Below are positions 57,715 to 64,000 of a stretch of 64,000 nucleotides of DNA, piece by piece (positions within the stretch are counted from its first letter, which is position 1; each line of letters begins with the position of its first letter). A program made the translations under genes and the position numbers. The stretch covers positions 12,172 to 76,171 of the forward strand of contig OZ244961.1 in assembly GCA_965222715.1 (NCBI GenBank), given 5' to 3'. This stretch comes from Minisyncoccota bacterium (GTDB lineage Bacteria; Patescibacteriota; Minisyncoccia; Phycocordibacterales; JABMNX01). The notes below the pieces were generated by a model. That model ran no database searches. It was not told the DNA's origin and saw only the letters and a list, made by a program, of their open reading frames with translations.

Positions 57715-57894
57715 ATGGCAAAGATTAAAGGAAAAAGCGAAAAAGACCTTCTTAAGTTACTTAACGAAAAACGTGAAGCGTTACGCAAGTTCCGTTTTGG
57801 TATTTCAGGAAGTAAGACACGAAATGTGAAAGAAGGTCAGAACACACGAAAAGATATCGCACGTATTCTTACTGAACTCAACAACAAAGCATAG
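57715..57894 (+). CDS. rpmC: 50S ribosomal protein L29
   Basis: 59-aa ORF MAKIKGKSEKDLLKLLNEKREALRKFRF... (not in the ORF track, <60 aa); position between rplP and rpsQ. Confidence 0.8.
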   Translation: MAKIKGKSEKDLLKLLNEKREALRKFRFGISGSKTRNVKEGQNTRKDIARILTELNNKA

Positions 57895-57910
57895 GTAGTA
57901 TATAGATAAT

Positions 57911-58165
57911 ATGGAAGACAAAAACGTATCACAAAAAAATATAAAGACATTCTCTGGAGTTGTTGTTTCGAACAAGATGAAAGACACGGTTGTTGTTGCT
58001 GTTTCTCAATACGCGAAGGACCCGAAATATGGTAAATTCACCAAGCGCACTAAGAAGTTTGCCGCACACGACGAAGGTAACACCAAAGAGATTGGAGACA
58101 AGGTGACTATCAAGGAGACAAACCCAATCTCAAAGACTAAACGGTTTGTTGTAGTTACCGACTAG
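57911..58165 (+). CDS. rpsQ: 30S ribosomal protein S17
   Basis: S17 core; order. Confidence 0.85.
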   Translation: MEDKNVSQKNIKTFSGVVVSNKMKDTVVVAVSQYAKDPKYGKFTKRTKKFAAHDEGNTKEIGDKVTIKETNPISKTKRFVVVTD

Positions 58166-58179
58166 TATTTTTAAGACAT

Positions 58180-58551
58180 ATGATTCAGCCACAAACACAA
58201 GTAAAGATCACCGACAACTCAGGCGCAAAGATTGGCGTTGTGTTTAAGGTGCTTGGTGGCTCAAAGCGTCGCTACGCTCGGATTGGTGATGTGGTAGTGC
58301 TTTCAGTAAAAACAGCAGAGCCACGTAAACAGGTAAAGAAAAAAGATGTTGTACGTGGTATTGTGGTTCGACAAAAGCAGCCATTTAGACGAAAAGACGG
58401 TTCCTACATTCGATTCGATGAAAATGCAGTAGTGCTTGTTGAGAAAGAAAAGAAAGAACCACGAGCTGGTCGTGTCTTTGGTCCAATTCCCCGAGAAGTT
58501 GGAGAGCGTGGGTATCAAAAGATTCTCTCGTTAGCACCAGAGGTTGTGTAG
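58180..58551 (+). CDS. rplN: 50S ribosomal protein L14
   Basis: MIQPQTQVKITDNSGAK matches L14. Confidence 0.9.
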   Translation: MIQPQTQVKITDNSGAKIGVVFKVLGGSKRRYARIGDVVVLSVKTAEPRKQVKKKDVVRGIVVRQKQPFRRKDGSYIRFDENAVVLVEKEKKEPRAGRVFGPIPREVGERGYQKILSLAPEVV

Positions 58552-58562
58552 TTTTTGTATAT

Positions 58563-58871
58563 ATGAAAATTAAGAAAGGAGACAAAGTAAAAGTAATTGC
58601 AGGTAAAGACAAAGGAAAGGTCGGGAAAGTTTCTCGTGCGCTCCCTAAAGACGATCAAGTTATTGTTGAAGGAGTACATATCGTCAAACGACACCAACGA
58701 GCAACATCAAGCCGTCAACAAGGTCAAATTGTCGATAAAAATCTCCCGATACACGTATCAAACGTTATGGTGCTTGATCCTAAAAAAGACACCCCAACTC
58801 GCATTAGTATTAAAAAGATAAACGGAAAGTATACCCGTATTGCAAAGAAGAGTAATACAGAATTAGAGTAA
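58563..58871 (+). CDS. rplX: 50S ribosomal protein L24
   Basis: KIKKGDKVKVIAGKDKGK KOW motif. Confidence 0.9.
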   Translation: MKIKKGDKVKVIAGKDKGKVGKVSRALPKDDQVIVEGVHIVKRHQRATSSRQQGQIVDKNLPIHVSNVMVLDPKKDTPTRISIKKINGKYTRIAKKSNTELE

Positions 58872-58881
58872 TATTTTTTGT

Positions 58882-59424
58882 ATGGAATTAACTAAAGAAA
58901 AACAAAAGAATATATTCTCAACTCTTAAAGAGAAGTTTTCGTACAGCAACATGTTCCAGTCGCCTCGTATTGAAAAGGTGGTAGTTTCAACTGGCGTTGG
59001 TTCTATTAAGGATAAGAAAAAGATTGAGGTGATTGTTGATCGACTTGCGCGCATCACTGGGCAAAAAGCTTCAGCACGAAGTGCAAAGAAATCAATTGCA
59101 TCATTCAAACTCCGAGAAGGGGATGTCATAGGGTATCAAGTAACACTCCGAGGTAATCGCATGTATGATTTCTTGGATAAACTCATCCATATTGCACTTC
59201 CGCGTACCCGAGACTTTCGTGGTATCAAATTAAGTGCACTAGACGAAATGGGTAATATCACTATCGGGGTTAAAGAGCACACTATTTTCCCTGAAGCGTC
59301 TGATGAAGAGCTTAAAGATGTCTTTGGTCTTGCGATTACTATTACCACAACTGCGCAAACAAAAGAGGAGGCACGAGCACTCCTTGAAAATATCGGATTT
59401 CCATTTCGAAAAGAAGAGAAGTAG
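58882..59424 (+). CDS. rplE: 50S ribosomal protein L5
   Basis: L5 core; order. Confidence 0.9.
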   Translation: MELTKEKQKNIFSTLKEKFSYSNMFQSPRIEKVVVSTGVGSIKDKKKIEVIVDRLARITGQKASARSAKKSIASFKLREGDVIGYQVTLRGNRMYDFLDKLIHIALPRTRDFRGIKLSALDEMGNITIGVKEHTIFPEASDEELKDVFGLAITITTTAQTKEEARALLENIGFPFRKEEK

Positions 59425-59535
59425 TCATGTTTTTAGCCGCCTTAGCTCAATTAAGGCGGTTTGACTTTGAGGCACTCACTTGGTAATATGGTTCGAGCGT
59501 TTCAAGAGCGCTTTTTAATTTGCAAGCTTTATAAT

Positions 59536-59721
59536 ATGGCAAAAAAGTCAATTATTGCACGGTCTCAAAAAGAGCCAAAATTCAAATCACGCGTTGTGCG
59601 ACGATGTTTTCGTTGTGGTCGAGCGCATGGGTACATGAGAGACTTTGATCTCTGTCGAGTGTGCTTCAGAGAGCTTGCAAATGAAGGAAATATTCCTGGT
59701 ATTAAGAAAGCATCATGGTAA
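59536..59721 (+). CDS. rpsZ: 30S ribosomal protein S14 type Z (zinc-binding, 61 aa)
   Basis: [16 protein letters not shown] ... [23 protein letters not shown]; start at the internal ATG. Confidence 0.85.
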   Translation: MAKKSIIARSQKEPKFKSRVVRRCFRCGRAHGYMRDFDLCRVCFRELANEGNIPGIKKASW

Positions 59722-60110
59722 GCGATCCTGTAGGAGATTTTATAACACGACTTAAAAATGCGACTGCTGTCGGGAAAGAGGTTGTGGTCACTCCACATTC
59801 AAAACTCCGTTTAGCAATTGCAGAAGTACTCCAAAAGAAGGGGTACATTAAGTCTGCGCAAAAGAAGGGAAAGAAAGTGCAAAAAACTATTGAAGTTGCA
59901 CTTCGCTATGATAAACACAACAAACCAGTAATACATGGAGCTGAGCGTATCTCTAAACCAGGTCGACGAGTATACCTTGGTGCAGACCAGATACACCCAG
60001 TAAAATATGGAAAAGGTTCTCTTGTTATTTCAACACCAAAAGGAATCCTCACTGATGAGGAGGCTCGAAAAGAGCGTGTTGGTGGTGAAGCACTCTTTAA
60101 GATTTGGTAA
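59715..60110 (+). CDS. rpsH: 30S ribosomal protein S8
   Basis: [13 protein letters not shown] matches S8. Confidence 0.9.
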   Translation: MVSDPVGDFITRLKNATAVGKEVVVTPHSKLRLAIAEVLQKKGYIKSAQKKGKKVQKTIEVALRYDKHNKPVIHGAERISKPGRRVYLGADQIHPVKYGKGSLVISTPKGILTDEEARKERVGGEALFKIW

Positions 60111-60118
60111 TTCACGGT

Positions 60119-60655
60119 ATGTCACGAATCGGTAAAAAACCAATAGTTATTCCTGAGAAAACCGAAGTATCTGTTTCAGATAATACGGTGACGGTAAAAG
60201 GTCCACTCGGTGAACTTAAGCGGGAACTCAACCCAGCGGTTTCAGTAACTGTTGAAGGTGGAGAGGTGCTTGTTGCCCCGGTAGGTAAAAAGGCGAATGC
60301 TGAAGCTCTTTGGGGAACGTATGCCTCACACATTACTAATATGGTGCACGGCGTAAACGAAGCGTTTGAGAAAAAACTTGTTGTTGAAGGGATTGGCTTC
60401 CGCGTTGCGCTCAATGGTAAGAACCTTGAGCTTTCAGTTGGTTTTTCTCACCCAGTTGTTATAGAGGTTCCCGAAGGGCTCACTGTTACTGTCGAGAAAA
60501 ATAACATCTCAATCTCTGGTGCAAACAAAGAACAGGTTGGTCAATTTGCAGCTGAGGTTCGGGCAGTGAAGAAGCCTGAACCATATAAAGGAAAAGGTAT
60601 TCGGTATGAAGACGAGGTTGTGCGACGTAAGCAAGGCAAGAAGACCGTTGGGTAG
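60119..60655 (+). CDS. rplF: 50S ribosomal protein L6
   Basis: MSRIGKKPIVIPE start; two L6 repeats. Confidence 0.9.
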   Translation: MSRIGKKPIVIPEKTEVSVSDNTVTVKGPLGELKRELNPAVSVTVEGGEVLVAPVGKKANAEALWGTYASHITNMVHGVNEAFEKKLVVEGIGFRVALNGKNLELSVGFSHPVVIEVPEGLTVTVEKNNISISGANKEQVGQFAAEVRAVKKPEPYKGKGIRYEDEVVRRKQGKKTVG

Positions 60656-60658
60656 TAC

Positions 60659-61027
60659 GTGAATGTAATTATTATGACTTCAGTAAAAAATCCAAAATCA
60701 GAAAAACTACAACGACGTCACGCACGTATTCGTGCCAAGATTTCTGGTACAACCGAACGTCCACGTGTTTCAATATATAAATCAAATACCCGAGTGATTG
60801 CACAAATTATTGATGATGAAACAAATACCACACTCGCTGCTGTTTCTTCTGATGCTATGAAAGGAAAGACATCAGAAGAGCGACTTAAAGAAGCGGGTAC
60901 TGCCCTTGCTAAAGATGCACAACAGAAGGGTATTACGAAAGTGGTATTTGATCGAGGAGGATTTATTTACACTGGCAATATAAAGGTATTTGCTGATGCG
61001 CTTCGTGAAGCAGGTCTTGAATTGTAA
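60659..61027 (+). CDS. rplR: 50S ribosomal protein L18 (start may be the GTG at 60659 or the ATG at 60674)
   Basis: L18 core (RRHARIRAKISGT). Confidence 0.85.
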   Translation: MNVIIMTSVKNPKSEKLQRRHARIRAKISGTTERPRVSIYKSNTRVIAQIIDDETNTTLAAVSSDAMKGKTSEERLKEAGTALAKDAQQKGITKVVFDRGGFIYTGNIKVFADALREAGLEL

Positions 61028-61046
61028 ACGTGTATTAATTTTTGAT

Positions 61047-61628
61047 ATGACAGAAACAGCAACAACAGAAAAAGAACAAAAGACAGAAGACACCTCTGTA
61101 GTTTCTGAAGGTGCCACTTCAAATACTGAAGAGTCATCTCCTAAGAAAACGTTTAAAAAGAACACGCGAAAAGTAGTGCGACGTAAAGACCGAGCTCGAT
61201 CAGAATTTGCTCAAAAAATCATTAGTATTCGTCGCGTGACACGTGTTGTTGCAGGTGGTCGTCGTTTTGGTTTTTCTGTATCAATGGTGCTTGGCGATAA
61301 GAAAGGTCGTGTAGGGGTTGGTACTGGGAAAGCAACTGATACTGCCCTTGCAATTGAAAAAGCGATGCGACAGGCAAAGAAGAACATGATTACTGTTACC
61401 ACAACCAAGGAAATGAGTATCCCGCATGATGTATCAGCAAAGTATGGCGCATCACAGATTCAGGTTATGCCAGCACCAGGTAAAGGTCTTGTTGCGGGAA
61501 GTTCGGTACGAACAGTACTTGAACTCGCAGGTATTAAAGAGGTAACCGCAAAGGTACTTTCACGAAGTAAAAATAAACTCAACAACGCACAAGCAACCAT
61601 TAAGGCACTTTCTTCGCTTACTTCATAA
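61047..61628 (+). CDS. rpsE: 30S ribosomal protein S5 with N-terminal extension
   Basis: S5 core (RVTRVVAGGRRFGFS, dsRBD-like); start at the ATG 61047. Confidence 0.85.
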   Translation: MTETATTEKEQKTEDTSVVSEGATSNTEESSPKKTFKKNTRKVVRRKDRARSEFAQKIISIRRVTRVVAGGRRFGFSVSMVLGDKKGRVGVGTGKATDTALAIEKAMRQAKKNMITVTTTKEMSIPHDVSAKYGASQIQVMPAPGKGLVAGSSVRTVLELAGIKEVTAKVLSRSKNKLNNAQATIKALSSLTS

Positions 61629-61631
61629 CAT

Positions 61632-62084
61632 ATGCAACTACATAACCTACAACAAAAAACAAAACGAACAGAAGCCAAGCGAGTTGGTCGTGGTGGACTC
61701 CGTGGTAAAACTTCGGGTCGTGGACACAAGGGACAAAAGGCGCGAGCAGGTAACTCAACTCGTCCTGAGATGCGAGACATTATTAAAAAGTTTCCTAAAC
61801 GTCGAGGGTACGGTAAAAATCGAGCGCGTACAGTAAATGATGGGGTAGTAAAACCAACACCAGTAAACCTTAAAACTCTTGAAGAAAACTTTTCTAATGG
61901 GGACTCAGTAACCCCAAAGACACTTGTCGAAAAAGGGGTTATCCGTGCGTCTGGGTCTCGTCTGCCAGTGGTAAAAATTCTTGGTACTGGAGATCTCTCT
62001 AAAAAAGTTTCAGTCTCAGGATGTCTTGTTTCTGAGTCAGCTCAGGCTTCAATAGAAAAGGTTGGTGGGTCAGTTTCCCAGTAG
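61632..62084 (+). CDS. rplO: 50S ribosomal protein L15
   Basis: L15 core; lies 3 nt after rpsE, so there is no rpmD (L30) between them. Confidence 0.9.
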   Translation: MQLHNLQQKTKRTEAKRVGRGGLRGKTSGRGHKGQKARAGNSTRPEMRDIIKKFPKRRGYGKNRARTVNDGVVKPTPVNLKTLEENFSNGDSVTPKTLVEKGVIRASGSRLPVVKILGTGDLSKKVSVSGCLVSESAQASIEKVGGSVSQ

Positions 62085-62093
62085 ATATACGTT

Positions 62094-63368
62094 ATGTTTG
62101 GTGCTTTTTTACATAAACTTCGTCTAATCGCAAAAGATACAACACTACGCAAGCGACTTCTCTTTGTTGTTGCTGCGCTTGTTCTGTTTCGTGCGCTTGC
62201 GGCAATTCCTATTCCTGGAATTGATCTTGTACAACTCGAGAACTTTTTTTCGAATAACCAATTTCTTGGACTCCTTAATATTTTCTCAGGAGGTGGGTTA
62301 GCAAACCTTTCAATCGTTATGCTTGGTGTTGGTCCGTACATTACTGCATCAATTATTATGCAGCTGTTGACGATCATGTCACCGAAGCTCAAAGCGCTCT
62401 ATCAAGAAGAAGGAGAGGCAGGACGAAAGCGTTTCCAGCAGTATGGCCGCTACCTCACCGTGCCACTTGCATTCATTCAGGCATTTAGCTTCTACGTACT
62501 TTTACAGCGACAAGGCATTATTCTTGATACTGATATCTTCACCACCATTACAAATGTGACCGTGATTGCTGCGGGCTCAATTCTCTTGATGTGGATTGGT
62601 GAACTGATTACCGAGTTTGGTATTGGTAACGGTGTCTCACTCATTATTTTTGCAGGTATCGTTGCAACACTACCATCAACTATTAGCCAACTCCTCTTCT
62701 CATTTGATGCATCACAGCTTCCGCTGTACCTAGGATTTGTTGTAGTTGGAATACTTATTACCCTTGGTGTGGTCGTCGTGACTGAAGCTGAGCGACCAAT
62801 TCCTATTACGTACGCTCGTCGTGTGCGTGGTATGAAAGTGTATGGTGGTATGTCTACCTACCTTCCTATTCGGGTAAACCAGGCTGGAGTGATTCCTATT
62901 ATCTTTGCACTTTCTATTCTTCTTTTCCCACAAATGGTCTTTAGTTTCCTTGCAAACCTCAACGTTGCCTACGTCAGTCGCGCAGCTGATTTCGTAGTCA
63001 GTGGACTTTCAAACCAAATCGTCTACGCAGCCCTCTACTTCTTGCTCGTATTTCTCTTTACCTATTTCTATACTGCAGTTACCTTTGATCCAGAGAATAT
63101 TTCAAAAAATCTACAAAAGAGTGGTGCCTTTATTCCTGGTGTTCGTCCTGGTCGGATGACTTCTGAGCATATTGGGAAAATTCTGACCCGCCTTACCCTT
63201 GTTGGCGCTATTTTCCTTGGCGTGATTGCAATCTTGCCGCTCGGCATGCAGGCGCTTACCGGTATTACTGCACTTGCAATTGGTGGTACAGCACTTTTGA
63301 TTGCGGTTTCTGTGGTGCTTGATTTAGTTAAGAAAATTGACGCGCAGATCGCAATGCGCGAATATTAA
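62094..63368 (+). CDS. secY: preprotein translocase subunit SecY
   Basis: 10 TM segments, conserved SecY motifs. Confidence 0.9.
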   Translation: MFGAFLHKLRLIAKDTTLRKRLLFVVAALVLFRALAAIPIPGIDLVQLENFFSNNQFLGLLNIFSGGGLANLSIVMLGVGPYITASIIMQLLTIMSPKLKALYQEEGEAGRKRFQQYGRYLTVPLAFIQAFSFYVLLQRQGIILDTDIFTTITNVTVIAAGSILLMWIGELITEFGIGNGVSLIIFAGIVATLPSTISQLLFSFDASQLPLYLGFVVVGILITLGVVVVTEAERPIPITYARRVRGMKVYGGMSTYLPIRVNQAGVIPIIFALSILLFPQMVFSFLANLNVAYVSRAADFVVSGLSNQIVYAALYFLLVFLFTYFYTAVTFDPENISKNLQKSGAFIPGVRPGRMTSEHIGKILTRLTLVGAIFLGVIAILPLGMQALTGITALAIGGTALLIAVSVVLDLVKKIDAQIAMREY

Positions 63369-63516
63369 ATCGTCCAGTTTGGCTAATTGCTTTGTCAGCT
63401 ACGAAAAATAATCACTCGCCGTATGCAAAATACGTCTCGTGACCATTTTTCTTGCTTCCTCGCACTTAACTCAACCTGGGCGATTTAAATAGACACTTTT
63501 TGGTATACTGAAATCT

Positions 63517-64000
63517 ATGAATCAACAGACAGTTATTTTTTTTGGTCCTTCTGGGGCGGGGAAAGGCACACAAGCAAAGCTCCTCAAAGAGTATTTAGAG
63601 AAGAGCGATCCTTCAGTTAAAGCACTTTACTTCGGCACTGGTGAACGTATTCGCAATTTTGTAAAAGAAAATAAGAATGACACTGCTTTACGTATAGAAA
63701 AAATTCTCTCAGAAGGTGGTCTACTTCCGTCATTTCTTCCTGTGTGGCTCTGGTCACAGTTTCTAGTCAATGAGTACACCGGGAGTGAGCATCTTATTTT
63801 TGATGGTACACGGCGAGTGCTTGAGGTAGAAGCGCTTGATACTGCACTATGTTTTTATGAAAAAGAAGAAGTACATATTGTGGTACTTAACGTTTCGAAA
63901 GAGTGGTCAATTACACGTTTGACTGAACGTGGTCGAGAAGATGACAAGAGTACTGAAGATATTGAAAGTAGACTTTCATGGTATGAAACTGAGGTTGTGC
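63517..64000 (+). CDS. adk: adenylate kinase (3' end outside the window)
   Basis: P-loop IFFGPSGAGKGTQA; follows secY. Confidence 0.85.
   Translation, partial: MNQQTVIFFGPSGAGKGTQAKLLKEYLEKSDPSVKALYFGTGERIRNFVKENKNDTALRIEKILSEGGLLPSFLPVWLWSQFLVNEYTGSEHLIFDGTRRVLEVEALDTALCFYEKEEVHIVVLNVSKEWSITRLTERGREDDKSTEDIESRLSWYETEVV

Overview
The window is low-GC with a compact gene set: LysM/M23 peptidase, ComM, rpsO, XerC/D-type recombinase, xth, a CCA-adding enzyme, four intact tRNAs and RNase Y. It also carries tig-clpP, ppa, nusA, a type IV pilus operon (pilB-pilC plus three prepilin-like genes), tpiA-pgk, recJ, rnhA, a split ComEC, Fe/Mn-SOD and L28. A long str/S10/spc ribosomal-protein cluster follows (rpsL, rpsG, fusA, tuf, rpsJ ... 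rplO, secY, adk). L30 (rpmD) is absent between rpsE and rplO, and several r-proteins carry charged extensions. I infer from this that the genome is a reduced Patescibacteria/CPR-like bacterium; no search was run. Overlaid on this core is a scattered set of ORFs that look G+C-richer than their surroundings by eye, without sequence homologs I recognise. Three of them are inserted inside the otherwise universally contiguous S10 operon, each with its own terminator and sigma70-like promoter. One of these encodes an unusual XRE-HTH + sigma70-region-4-only protein. Other anomalies: pilB is broken by a perfect 14-bp tandem duplication. tRNA-Gly(TCC) is flanked by complementary 5' and 3' halves of a decayed tRNA, next to a GC-rich gene. 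A 20-nt palindromic terminator is repeated three times. An AAAGGACA/TGTCCTTT inverted-repeat family flanks an overlapping HD-phosphohydrolase/YraN pair. A candidate ncRNA lies between two tRNAs. A candidate type-I-toxin-like micro-ORF lies beside three tandem palindromes. An eukaryote-like delta-9 acyl desaturase is present. All coordinates are from manual reading and no searches were run.
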